A stretch of 64,000 bases of DNA from Alphaproteobacteria bacterium (GTDB lineage: Bacteria; Pseudomonadota; Alphaproteobacteria; CALKHQ01): contig CBDDFZ010000001.1 in assembly GCA_965227515.1 (NCBI GenBank), positions 1,600,001 to 1,664,000 of the forward strand, in the 5' to 3' direction. Under the pieces are notes generated by a model. It saw only the letters and a program-made list of their open reading frames with translations, was not told the origin of the DNA and did not search any database. Every line of letters starts with the position of its first letter. The first letter of the stretch is position 1. The position numbers and the translations under genes were made by a program. This document shows positions 48,752-58,558 of the stretch, one piece after another.

Positions 48752-49408
48752 ATGCCCGATGACATCAGCCAAGGCCATGGCGCCACCCGCCGCGCGGTGC
48801 TCGACCTTCTGAAGACCGAGGGGCCGATGCCGGCCCGCGCCCTGGCGACGTCGCTGGGCCTGAGCGCCATGGCGGTGCGCCTGCACCTGCATGCCCTGCG
48901 CGACCAGGGGTTGATCGAGCCCGGCGAGGAACGGCGCGGCAGCGGCCGCCCGGCGCAGCTCTGGCAACTGACCGGCCAGGCGGCCCGCGTGTTCCCCGAT
49001 GCCCATGCCGACCTGTCGCTGAGCCTGCTCGATGCCATGAAGCAGGCGTTCGGCGAGGAGGGTCTGGACCGCATAGTCGCCCGCCGCGCCGAGCAGCAGA
49101 TCGAAGCCTATCGGGCCGCCATCGGCGACGGTGCGACGCTGGCCGAGAAGGTGGAGCGGCTGGCCGAGGTGCGCGCGGCGGAGGGCTATATGGCCGTCGT
49201 CTCGCGCGACGACGCCGGCGAGTTGCTGCTGGTGGAGCGCCACTGCCCGATCTGCAGTGCGGCGCGCGCATGCTCCGGGCTGTGCCGGTCCGAGCTGGAG
49301 GTGTTCCGGGCGGTGCTCGGCGCGGGCGTCGAGGTCAAGCGCACCGACCACATCATCTCCGGCGACCAGCGCTGCGCCTACCGGGTGCGGGCGGTCGGCG
49401 AAGCGTGA
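48752..49408 (+). CDS. SufR-like HTH metalloregulator
   Basis: AMAVRLHL..L, GRP, ERHCPIC...LC.SE...RC. Confidence 0.85.
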   Translation: MPDDISQGHGATRRAVLDLLKTEGPMPARALATSLGLSAMAVRLHLHALRDQGLIEPGEERRGSGRPAQLWQLTGQAARVFPDAHADLSLSLLDAMKQAFGEEGLDRIVARRAEQQIEAYRAAIGDGATLAEKVERLAEVRAAEGYMAVVSRDDAGELLLVERHCPICSAARACSGLCRSELEVFRAVLGAGVEVKRTDHIISGDQRCAYRVRAVGEA

Positions 49409-49418
49409 TCGTTATCTT

Positions 49419-49502
49419 GTAGCCCGGGTGAAACGAAGTGCAACCCGGGGAACTTCCCACGGCAGCAATGCCCCGGGTTTCGCTCCGCTCCACCCGGGCT
49501 AC
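49419..49502. repeat. GTAG REP doublet (REPIN)
   Basis: GTAGCCCGGGTGAAACG...CTCCACCCGGGCTAC. Confidence 0.9.
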
Positions 49503-49526
49503 GGAACGCGCAATGACGGTATGCAG

Positions 49527-50207
49527 TTACACCTGTGGCGGCTGCGGCGGCGTGGCGAGGTGGTCGCGCTTGATCCACACCCGCGCGCCATCGGGGCCGG
49601 CGGTCGCCGTGGTATGCGCACCCTTGGGCAGGCGCAGCCATGACTGCGGCGCGAAATCCTCGCCGCCCTCGCTGAAGCCGCCGTTCAGTACCAGCACCTC
49701 CATGCCACCGGGCGCGTCGGGCGCTACCTCTACGCCGGCATCCCACTGCTCCAGCGAAACCCGCTCCGCGCCGTCGGCGAATAGCGGCAGCGCGGCGACG
49801 CCGGGCCGTGCCGGGTCGGCGGCGAAGTCCATGTCGGCGGTGTGGAGGCGCACCGGCGTGCGGTCGGCCAGGTCGAACTGCCACAGCTTGACGAAGATGG
49901 TGCAGCCGGGGGCGGACCCCGGCGTGTGCGAGGACTGCGGCGGGTTGCGCACATAGGCCCCCGGCGGGAAGTCGCCGTGCTCGTCCTGGAACACGCCGTC
50001 CAGCACCAGGAACTCCTCGCCCCCGGTGTGCACGTGTGGGGAGAAGTGGCTGCCCGGCGCATAGCGCACGATAGAGGTGGCGCGGGCCACCTCGTCGCCC
50101 AGCCGGTCGAGCATGCGGCGGTCGACGCCCGGCATCGGCGATGCCTGCCACGGCATTTCCGCCGCGTGGACCGCGACGCGGCGCGAGAAATCGGCGTTCA
50201 GCTCCAT
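49527..50207 (-). CDS. ChrR-like cupin protein
   Basis: RATSIVRYAPGS.F..H.H.GGEE, FVKLWQF. Confidence 0.9.
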   Translation of the reverse strand: MELNADFSRRVAVHAAEMPWQASPMPGVDRRMLDRLGDEVARATSIVRYAPGSHFSPHVHTGGEEFLVLDGVFQDEHGDFPPGAYVRNPPQSSHTPGSAPGCTIFVKLWQFDLADRTPVRLHTADMDFAADPARPGVAALPLFADGAERVSLEQWDAGVEVAPDAPGGMEVLVLNGGFSEGGEDFAPQSWLRLPKGAHTTATAGPDGARVWIKRDHLATPPQPPQV

Positions 50208-50453
50208 GGTGGTCCCTTCCACGGTTTCGACCGTCGATTGAACTGCATCTTGCGGCGTGCCGGTCAAGCCGGCCGGCGCCGGGGCGGAGTCATTGTGCCG
50301 CCAGGGCAGAGTCAGTGTGGCGCCAGATTCGTTGTCATTATGCGGCACGGTTGCTAAGCAGGCACCGGCCGCGCTGCGATGCGGCTCCCATCGTCCCTCC
50401 GCAACAACGATGCCGAACGCCGCGTGACCGCACCGCCGCCTGTCCCCGTGTCC

Positions 50454-51074
50454 ATGACCCGCGCGTCCACGACCTGGTTGCAACGCCTGCGCGGGCGCAT
50501 CTGGGCGCGCATCTACAACTGGCACTGGATCGACGGCCACCGGGCGGCCCGCTCGTCGCAGCTCTACGGGTCGCATTTCGGCCTGCTGATGGACGTGTTC
50601 GCGATCCGTGGCGTGGTCAACCTGCGCGGCGACAACACCGGCACCGAGTGGTACGACGCCGAGCAGCGCGCGTGTGCGGCGCGCGGCATTGTCATCGCTG
50701 ATGTGCCGGTATCGTCGAAGCGGCTGCCGACCCGCGAGACCCTGATCGGCGTGCTGGATGCGATGGACGCCGCACCCGAGCCGCTGGTGATGAAATGCTC
50801 CGGCGGCGCCGACCGGGCGGGATTTGCCGGCGGCGTCTATTTGCTGAACCGCTACGGCCGTGCCGGCATGGCCGGCGCGCGCCGGCAGATGGGCTTCTGG
50901 CCGTTCCGCCACGTGCCGAAGAAGAACCAGCGCTGGATCCGTTCGTTCTTCGATTTCGTCGAGGCCGACATCGACGGTCGCTCGCTCCGGGACTGGATCG
51001 CCGGGCACTACACCGACGCGCGCTTCGCCGACTTCCTGCGTGCGCGCGGCCAGGGCGACTACTGGGCGCACTGA
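50454..51074 (+). CDS. Tyrosine/dual-specificity phosphatase-like protein
   Basis: VVNLRG, CSGGADRAG (CX5R). Confidence 0.8.
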   Translation: MTRASTTWLQRLRGRIWARIYNWHWIDGHRAARSSQLYGSHFGLLMDVFAIRGVVNLRGDNTGTEWYDAEQRACAARGIVIADVPVSSKRLPTRETLIGVLDAMDAAPEPLVMKCSGGADRAGFAGGVYLLNRYGRAGMAGARRQMGFWPFRHVPKKNQRWIRSFFDFVEADIDGRSLRDWIAGHYTDARFADFLRARGQGDYWAH

Positions 51075-51222
51075 TTTGGCTCACGCTGAAGTCTGCGCCA
51101 GCCCTCTCCCCCGCCCGACCGCCCACGACAGTATGCTTGCTGGGAGGTCGGGTGCCAAAAGGGAGCGCGGACGCGCGACCGCATGAAAACGAGTAAGGGC
51201 CGGTGCCGAATGGACTAATAGT

Positions 51223-51270
51223 CCTGAACCATTGCCGGCCTGGACCATTGCCCGCCTGAACCATTGCCCG
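51223..51270. repeat. 16-bp tandem repeat x3 upstream of glnT
   Basis: CCTG(A/G)ACCATTGCC(C/G)G three times. Confidence 0.8.
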
Positions 51271-51334
51271 GGCCGGCCTTTCGCCGCTATGACACTTCCC
51301 TGAGGGAATTTCTGCTTATCGAGGGGAAACACAC

Positions 51335-52642
51335 ATGGCGATCGACCTGGCAAAGAAGGCGGCCGACAACGACATCCGCTACTTCCTGATCAGCTTCACC
51401 GATCTGTTCGGGGTGCAGCGGTCCAAGCTGGTGCCGGCCGCGGCCATCGCCGGCATGCAGGAGGCGGGTGCAGGCTTTGCCGGGTTCGCGACCAACCTGG
51501 ACATGACGCCGGCCGATCCCGACATGCTGGCGGTGCCGGACCCCGACAGCCTGATCCAATTGCCGTGGCAGCCCACCATCGGCTGGCTTGCCGGCGACCT
51601 GGTGATGGCCGGCCAGCCGGTGGAACAGGCGCCGCGCGTGGTGCTGAAGAACGCAATCAAGGCCGCCGCCGACCAGGGCTATGTCATGAAGACCGGCGTG
51701 GAGGCCGAGTTCTTCCTGATCATGCCGGATGGCGAGGCGATCTCCGACCCCCGCGATACCCAGGCCAAGCCCTGCTACGACCAGAGCTGCCTGATGCGCC
51801 GCTACGAGACCATCTCCGGCCTGTGCGACGCCATGCAGACCCTGGGCTGGGGCCCGTATCAGAACGACCACGAGGACGGCAACGGCCAGTTCGAGATGAA
51901 CTGGGACTATGACGACGCGCTGGTCACCGCCGACCGCCATGCGTTCTTCAAGTTCATGGTCAAGACGCTGGCCGAGCAGCAGGGCCTGCGCGCCACCTTC
52001 ATGCCGAAGCCGTTCGCGCACCTCACCGGCAATGGCTGCCACGCCCACGTCTCGGTGTGGGACAAGAAGGGCAAGAAGAACCTGTTCGAGGACAAGAAGG
52101 GCGAGCTTGGCCTGTCGGCGCTGGCCTACAACTTCCTGGGCGGCGTCATCAAGCACGCCGACGCGCTGGCCGCCATCACCAACCCGACGGTCAACTCCTA
52201 CAAGCGCATCAACGCGCCTGTTACCACCTCGGGCGCCACGTGGTCGCCGAACACGGTCACCTACACCGGCAACAACCGCACCCACATGGTGCGCATTCCC
52301 GATCCGGGCCGGTTCGAGGTGCGGCTCGCCGACGGTGCCGCGAACCCCTATCTGCTGCAGGCCGGCTTGCTGGTCGCCGGGCTGGACGGCATCGCCAATT
52401 CCACCGACCCCGGCAAGCGGCTGGACATCAACATGTACGCCGAGGGCCACAAGGTGCGCGGCGCCAAGAAGCTGCCGCTCAACCTCTCCGACGCGCTGGA
52501 CGCGTTCGCCAAGAACAAGGTGCTGCGCGCCGGCCTGGGTGCGGAGGTGTGCGACGCCTACATCAAGCTGCGCCGCGCGGAGTGGGACGACTATCTGCGC
52601 CACTTCTCGAAGTGGGAACGCGACAACGCGATCGATTGCTAG
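51335..52642 (+). CDS. glnT: Type III glutamine synthetase-like enzyme (GlnT / gamma-glutamylmethylamide synthetase GmaS)
   Basis: YFLISFTDLFG, GAGFAGFA, KPCYDQ, YQNDHED.NGQFEMN, SGATWSP. Confidence 0.88.
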   Translation: MAIDLAKKAADNDIRYFLISFTDLFGVQRSKLVPAAAIAGMQEAGAGFAGFATNLDMTPADPDMLAVPDPDSLIQLPWQPTIGWLAGDLVMAGQPVEQAPRVVLKNAIKAAADQGYVMKTGVEAEFFLIMPDGEAISDPRDTQAKPCYDQSCLMRRYETISGLCDAMQTLGWGPYQNDHEDGNGQFEMNWDYDDALVTADRHAFFKFMVKTLAEQQGLRATFMPKPFAHLTGNGCHAHVSVWDKKGKKNLFEDKKGELGLSALAYNFLGGVIKHADALAAITNPTVNSYKRINAPVTTSGATWSPNTVTYTGNNRTHMVRIPDPGRFEVRLADGAANPYLLQAGLLVAGLDGIANSTDPGKRLDINMYAEGHKVRGAKKLPLNLSDALDAFAKNKVLRAGLGAEVCDAYIKLRRAEWDDYLRHFSKWERDNAIDC

Positions 52643-52672
52643 GTCAGCGAATTTCGGGTCCGGCGGAGACTC

Positions 52673-54178
52673 ATGCTGGCAAAGTGGACCAAACACCGGC
52701 GAGCGAGTGCCGGGCTCGTTGTTCTGACCGCCATTTGCGTCAGCGTGCTTTTCGCAGTTTCGCCACCGGGTGTGGACGCTCAGGAGAGCTGTGACTCCCA
52801 CCCGGATGCCTGCGCATTTCTGGCAGACGCAGAGGCTTTACTCGCTGAGCTGCACAACGCGAGCGACTTATCGGAGCCGTTCGAAGCGTTCGTGTACGCC
52901 CGCGCGCTGGCGTCATTTGGAATAGCGCAGGCGCGCCTCGGCTTGCCCGATGACGCAACAGGTACACTTCGATCCTCCGTCGAGATCTTGGACGCGTTAC
53001 CTGATGGTGATGAGCACGGTCTGTTCAATGACTGGCTTCGAGCAGAAGTTGCCTTATGGCATGCCCGGCTGGGCAATCTGTCGGTTACAAGAGATCTGAT
53101 CGATTTGATCGAGGTGCCTGCTGTTCAGATAATCCTGCTGAGCAATCTCGCGACTGATGACGCAGTGGCCATGCCGCGTTCCGAGAAGGCCACGCTCCTG
53201 GAAATCGCCAAGAACACCTATTTGGAGCAAACCACCACAACTATTGGAATAATCGCAACCTACGGTCTGCGGGATCTGCTGGCGGCATTGATAGACAGTA
53301 ACGATCGCGACGGTATCGTTGCCATCTTCGCGAATTTATCGGAGGCAGACTATCCGGTTTCATCGCTAACGGGCATGCAGCTCTCGTCGGCCAGTGCACC
53401 CATGCTGGCTCTCGGGGTGCGAAGCATGACCGAGAGAATGATTGCGCAGGGCATGCTAGAGGAAGCCGAGCGATTTGCGGACCTCCCACTCGCGCCCGAG
53501 GAAAGAGCTTTGGAGCTCGCCGGGATCGCTTTTGGACTGCGGGAGGCGGGGCAGGACCAGTACGAGCCATATTTGGCTAGGGCCAAAGAAACGGTTGAAA
53601 GCTCGTACAGCGATCACAACACGCGAGGGCTTGTGCTTGTTGGCTATATGCTCCATCGGATGGGGCGGCTGGATCAGGCAGCGGATTACCTCTCGCTCGC
53701 TGGGGAGGCTGCGCTAGCTGCTTATCCCAACAGCTACCTCGACGGGCACTGGTTTCGTGAACTGATGCTGGTTCTGATCGAAACGGGACGAAGTGACCTC
53801 GCTTCCCAGATTCTCGATCACGTTGTCGATCAGGTGCTGGAATTGGAAGCGGAGCACATCAGGGACAAATCCCTGTCGCTTCTGGTCGCCTATCAGGCAC
53901 ACGCCGGCCAGTTCGAGGCGGCCCGAGCGACGATATTCGAGATGGAGATTGGCTCTGCGCGCTCTGGTGCATTCGCAATGGTTGCGGTTGCGCAAGTTCT
54001 TGCTGGCGATGTGCAGTCGGCTCGACGATCCTTTCAGGAGGCAGCGAATAATGCCCGCCTGGAGCCCGGAAACTACGGATCGGAGTTCGCTTCGATGTCG
54101 TTTCAATCCGTGATCTACGGGTTGGCAACCGCTGCCATCGTCATTGGCGATGGCGCGTCAGTGGATGTTCCGCGGTGA
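52673..54178 (+). CDS. Secreted helical-repeat (TPR-like) hypothetical protein with atypical codon usage
   Basis: 501-aa ORF, signal peptide, Ala/Leu-rich helical repeats, visibly more A/T third positions. Confidence 0.65.
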   Translation: MLAKWTKHRRASAGLVVLTAICVSVLFAVSPPGVDAQESCDSHPDACAFLADAEALLAELHNASDLSEPFEAFVYARALASFGIAQARLGLPDDATGTLRSSVEILDALPDGDEHGLFNDWLRAEVALWHARLGNLSVTRDLIDLIEVPAVQIILLSNLATDDAVAMPRSEKATLLEIAKNTYLEQTTTTIGIIATYGLRDLLAALIDSNDRDGIVAIFANLSEADYPVSSLTGMQLSSASAPMLALGVRSMTERMIAQGMLEEAERFADLPLAPEERALELAGIAFGLREAGQDQYEPYLARAKETVESSYSDHNTRGLVLVGYMLHRMGRLDQAADYLSLAGEAALAAYPNSYLDGHWFRELMLVLIETGRSDLASQILDHVVDQVLELEAEHIRDKSLSLLVAYQAHAGQFEAARATIFEMEIGSARSGAFAMVAVAQVLAGDVQSARRSFQEAANNARLEPGNYGSEFASMSFQSVIYGLATAAIVIGDGASVDVPR

Positions 54179-54238
54179 GGTCCTGCCTGCTAGCAAGAAC
54201 CCCAGAACGACTTTTCCAACAGGGAGAAACAGGCACGC

Positions 54239-55075
54239 ATGCCTTCCTTTGAACGCTCAACGCTGGTCGCCAAATTCCAGCAGATGGTCCGCGACGGCCA
54301 GCCGATCATCGGCGGCGGCGCCGGCACCGGACTCTCCGCCAAGTGCGAGGAGGCCGGCGGCATCGACCTCATCGTCATCTACAATTCCGGGCGTTACCGC
54401 ATGGCCGGGCGCGGCTCGCTGGCCGGCATGATGGCCTATGGCAACGCCAACGACATCGTGGTCGAGATGGCGCGCGAGGTGCTGCCGGTCGTCAACTCGA
54501 CACCGGTGCTGGCCGGCGTCAACGGCACCGACCCGTTCTGCCTGTTCGACGATTTCCTGCCGCGGCTGAAGGCGATGGGCTTCGCCGGCGTGCAGAACTT
54601 CCCCACCGTCGGGCTGATCGACGGCCAGTTCCGCGCCAATCTGGAAGAGACCGGCATGGGCTACGGGCCGGAAGTGGAGATGATCGCGAAGGCGCACGGG
54701 CTGGACATGCTGACCACGCCCTACGTGTTCAACACGGACGAGGCGCGGCTGATGACCGAGGCCGGGGCCGACATCATCGTCGCCCACATGGGGCTGACGA
54801 CGGGCGGGGCCATCGGCGCGGAGACCGCGCTGACGCTGGACGACTGCGTGCCGGTGATCAACGACATCATCGCCGCGGCGCGCGAGGTGCGCGACGACGT
54901 GATCGTGCTCTGCCACGGCGGGCCGATCGCGATGCCGGACGATGCCGCCCATATCCTCAGCCACTGTCCCGGCTGCCACGGCTTCTACGGCGCCAGCAGC
55001 ATGGAGCGGCTGCCGACAGAGACCGCGCTGATCGAGCAGACGAAGCGGTTCAAGGCACTCACCCGCGGCGAGTGA
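54239..55075 (+). CDS. Phosphoenolpyruvate hydrolase-like TIM-barrel protein
   Basis: [37 protein letters not shown]. Confidence 0.9.
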   Translation: MPSFERSTLVAKFQQMVRDGQPIIGGGAGTGLSAKCEEAGGIDLIVIYNSGRYRMAGRGSLAGMMAYGNANDIVVEMAREVLPVVNSTPVLAGVNGTDPFCLFDDFLPRLKAMGFAGVQNFPTVGLIDGQFRANLEETGMGYGPEVEMIAKAHGLDMLTTPYVFNTDEARLMTEAGADIIVAHMGLTTGGAIGAETALTLDDCVPVINDIIAAAREVRDDVIVLCHGGPIAMPDDAAHILSHCPGCHGFYGASSMERLPTETALIEQTKRFKALTRGE

Positions 55076-55087
55076 GATCGGTGCCCT

Positions 55088-55175
55088 GTAGCCCGGATGG
55101 AGTGGAGCGCAATCCGGGTTTCGTTGTGACAACAACATCGATTGCCCCGGATTACGCTGGCGCTTCATCCGGGCT
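55088..55175. repeat. GTAG REP doublet interrupted at its end by IS110 copy 2
   Basis: GTAGCCCGGATGG...CATCCGGGCT, with the final AC displaced to 56596. Confidence 0.9.
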
Positions 55176-55439
55176 TCTGTAACGGGCCATTGTTGGTCAA
55201 TCCCTTTTTCGTCGTCCCGGCGCCTGGGTCATGCTTCTGTACGGGGTCGGCGCAGGGCCGCCGCCAAGATGGATATGCGAGGATCGGTCGGTCCAATCTA
55301 CGGAAGCGTGCTCTCATGCGAGGCGACATCCCGGATGGCGGCCTGACCTGATCCATCGTCCCGGCGCGGGACGGCGCTCGACGGGCCGGTGTCGGTGCCC
55401 GTCGAAGCTCGTGTGTCGGTTCTCCTTATGCCGCGGCCA
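55176..55439 (-). ncRNA. Putative bridge/seek RNA region of IS110 copy 2
   Basis: Conserved with copy 1; target-like segments at 55298-55303 and 55328-55338. Confidence 0.65.
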
Positions 55440-56483
55440 TCATGCTGTCGCCATCGCCGGGCGCACCGGTCCGGCATGGTTGAACGGTGTGCCGTCAACC
55501 CACATCCGGTGCATGATCACGGCGAGCCGGCGCGCCAGCGCGACCTTCGCCTTCCTCATGCCGGCTCGCCTGGCCAGCTTCATCGCCCAGCTCTTCAGCC
55601 AGCCGCCCTCGATCGGCCGGGTCAGAACCACGTGCGCCGCCTCATAGAGGGCCGAGCGCACATCGGCGTCCCCCACCTTCGAGATCCGCCCCGTCATCTC
55701 GCTCTCGCCCGACTGGCGCTTGGTCGGCGTCAGGCCGAAGTGCGCACCCACCAGGCGCGACGAGGCAAACCGCCCGGGGTCGTCCACTCCCGACAAGTAG
55801 GTCAGTCCGACAATGCTCCCCACGCCCGGCACCGTCATCAGCAGGCGAGCGCGATCGTCCGCCTGCGATGCCGCTCGGACCTGCCGGTCCAGCGCCGTGA
55901 ACGATAGCAACAGGCCATCGCGTGCCGACAGCAGCGCCCCCGCCACCGCCTCCAGTACCGGATGCCCCGCCACAAGCTCCGAAATACGTGTCGAAAAGCT
56001 GCGCCTGGTGGTGTGCCCTACCTTCAGCCCGAAGTTCCGCAGCTGACCACGAAGGTGCATCTCAAGATCGTGCAGCTTCGCGCGGAGCTGGTCGCGACCC
56101 TTCAAAAGGGCCCGCATCTCCTGGGCCGCCAAAGACTTGCAGTGAACCGGACGAAACCAGCCCACACGCATCAGCTGAGCAATCCCGCGTGCGTCCGAGC
56201 GGTCCGACTTCACCGGCATCGTCGAAAGCGCTCGCGCAACATGACGCGTCTCCAGCAACTCAACCGAAAGACCGCCCTCGCTACATCCCCGCACAAGCCA
56301 TTGCGACAACGGCCCCGCCTCAAGACCAATCCGCTCAACCGAAATCCCCAAAGACCCAAACCACAACAACAAACCCGCCGGCGTGCTCGCAATACGAGCC
56401 TCGCAGACAATCCCGCCCGCGCCGTCAACAACGCATACCGATGACCATTCCAAAGAAACGTCAATCCCGGCATAGTAGTTCAT
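55440..56483 (-). CDS. IS110-family DEDD recombinase/transposase
   Basis: Same DEDD and QSG motifs as copy 1; intact 347 aa. Confidence 0.96.
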   Translation of the reverse strand: MNYYAGIDVSLEWSSVCVVDGAGGIVCEARIASTPAGLLLWFGSLGISVERIGLEAGPLSQWLVRGCSEGGLSVELLETRHVARALSTMPVKSDRSDARGIAQLMRVGWFRPVHCKSLAAQEMRALLKGRDQLRAKLHDLEMHLRGQLRNFGLKVGHTTRRSFSTRISELVAGHPVLEAVAGALLSARDGLLLSFTALDRQVRAASQADDRARLLMTVPGVGSIVGLTYLSGVDDPGRFASSRLVGAHFGLTPTKRQSGESEMTGRISKVGDADVRSALYEAAHVVLTRPIEGGWLKSWAMKLARRAGMRKAKVALARRLAVIMHRMWVDGTPFNHAGPVRPAMATA

Positions 56484-56649
56484 GGTCGTCTCTCCTCGAT
56501 GTCTTGGAGCGGCAAACCCGACTCCGTGTATGACACCGACATCTTGAGGGACGACCACTCATGCACGCCACCAAACAAGGGCCGTTAGCCCATCTACGGG
56601 TCCGTGGCATCGCGCCCGCCGACGCACGAGTACGAGGGAAGCAACAGCA

Positions 56650-57096
56650 ATGACCAAGGTCTACATCAGCAACGTGATCGATCTGCCGGTCGACAAGGTT
56701 TGGGCGCTGGCCCGTGATTTCAACGGCCACGACAGGTGGCACCCGATCATTGCCGAGAGCCACGTCGAGGGCGGAAAGCCGAGCGACCAGGTCGGTTGCG
56801 TGCGCAACTTCAAGCTCGCCGACGGCACGCCCTTGCGCGAGCAGCTGCTGTCGTTCAGCGACCGCGAGCACAGCTTCACTTACAACATCCTGGAATCGCC
56901 GCTGCCGCTGGAGAACTACGTCGCGACGTTCCGTTGCACGGCCGTGACCGAGGGCGACCGCACATTCGTTGAGTGGATGGCGGAGTTCGACACCGCGGCC
57001 GAGAACGAGGCGACCCTGGTCGAGCAGGTCGGCCGCAACACCTTCGCCGCCGGTATCGTCGCACTCGCCGAGGCCCTGGGCGCGAAGGTGGGGTAA
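56650..57096 (+). CDS. SRPBCC/polyketide cyclase-like protein
   Basis: VWALARDFNG...WHP, VGCVRNF.L.DG..LREQL. Confidence 0.88.
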   Translation: MTKVYISNVIDLPVDKVWALARDFNGHDRWHPIIAESHVEGGKPSDQVGCVRNFKLADGTPLREQLLSFSDREHSFTYNILESPLPLENYVATFRCTAVTEGDRTFVEWMAEFDTAAENEATLVEQVGRNTFAAGIVALAEALGAKVG

Positions 57097-57168
57097 CGGC
57101 GGGGTGGCCCCAGCCAATTCAGAACACCGCCGACCGCCACAAAACACAATCGTCATCCTCGGGCCTGT

Positions 57169-58437
57169 TGTATGGCCCGGGGACATGGTTGACAGTTGTT
57201 CGGAGACATAGCTGACACATTGATGGTTGGTTTTTTCTCATATTGTAAGGTCGATGTCAGCGATCTGGGTTGCGCCGAAGAAGATGCTGTAGCGTCCGTC
57301 GTTGCCGCGCGGCCTGATGGCGAGACGCTCGCCGGCGAAGGCGCGTGGCACGGGCCAGAGCCTTCCCTTGAAGCTGACGTAGAACTTGGTTGCCCCGACC
57401 TTGCGGACGATGTCGTCGGGTCCGTATTCGGGCTCGGGTAGGGTGTCGGGCATGGGTCGTGTCGAGGGCCGGTAGCGACTGGCCGGCACGTTCATGTCCA
57501 AGGCCTGGTGCGGCCGCTCGGAGTTGTAGACCGGGCGCCATTCATCGAAGGCCTGTTGCACCTGGGCGAGATCGCGCATGCGTCGCAGCGCGAACACCTC
57601 GGCGTCCAGGGTACGGTGGAAGCGCTCGTTCTTGCCGCGTCCTTGCGGGTGATATGGGCGGGCGTGGATGACCTCGACGCCGAGCTTCAAGAGCCACACC
57701 CTGAGTGGGGTCCACTGCCCCGGCACCCCGCCGCCCCAGGGCGAGCCGTTGTCGAGGTAGAACGCATCGGGCAGGCCGTAGAGCCGGAACGTGCGCGCCA
57801 GCAGCTGCTTGACCGTGGCCGTGCGCTCGTTGTCGCCTGCGTGCAGGCACAACGAGAAGCGCGAGTGATCGTCCAGCACCGTGAGCGGGTGGCACCACAG
57901 GCCGCGGTCGACCTGCACCCGTCCCTTGAAGTCCATCTGCCACAACTGGTTCGGCGCCGGCCGCTCGAAGCGCGTGTAGGCGTGGCCTGTCTGGCGTCGC
58001 GGCGGCACCCGCTCGTGGCGCTGCAAGATCGCATGAACGGTCGATGCCGAAGGCGGGGCGATCCCGTCGCGTTCGAGGCAGCGGGCGATCTTGCGCGCGC
58101 CCCAGGCCGGATGCGCATCGCGCACCGCCAGCACAGCCGCCTCGATCCGCGCCTCCGTGCGGCGCGGGCTGTGGCGCGGCCGACGCGAGCGATCCGCCAA
58201 CCCTTCCCCCGCACAGCCCGCCCGACGCAGCCATTTGTGCCCGGTCTGGCGGCTGATCCCGAACCGCGCTCACGTTCGCGCCATCCAGAGAGGCAAGCAT
58301 CACAAACTCACGCCGTTGATCCACGATCGACACCTCTTGCCAAGGCATGGCCGACTCCAAAATCGGAAGCCAACCACACCAATAAGAGTGTCAACCATGT
58401 CCCCGAACGCCTGTAAGCTATCTCCCCGGGCCGAACA
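57169..58437 (-). mobile_element. IS481-family insertion sequence inside a family A palindrome
   Basis: TGT...ACA ends with inverted repeat TGT(AT/TC)GGCCCGGGGA; flanks CCTGT/CTTGT form an imperfect 5-bp duplication. Confidence 0.9.
57238..58348 (-). pseudogene. IS481 transposase, frameshifted near the N-terminus
   Basis: MPWQEVS...GANVSA continues in another frame as RFGISRQTGHKW; core WQMDFKG, DNGSPW, GKNERFHRT. Confidence 0.85.
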
Positions 58438-58558
58438 CTTGTCCCGAGGATCCATGGCAGGCATCGCGCGAAGCTCGAAATGGATCCTCGGCACCTCGCC
58501 CAACTGAAGGGTTGGGCTCCGGCCAAGGATGACAAGAGAGGGGAGCGGCACCGCCGCC

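Larger units (their letters stand above)
55176..56595 (-). mobile_element. IS110-family (IS1111-type) insertion sequence, copy 2, inserted in a GTAG REP
   Basis: Same ends as copy 1; flanks rejoin to CCGGG-CT-ACG. Confidence 0.95.

Noticed and set aside
10288-56595. Composite transposon bounded by the two IS110 copies
   Set aside because: Each copy has its own self-consistent REP target with matching left and right flanks, and the 43 kb between them includes core-type genes
57169-58437. Programmed frameshift in the IS481 transposase
   Set aside because: No slippery A-tract is visible and a few conserved residues appear deleted, so a lesion or sequencing error is more likely
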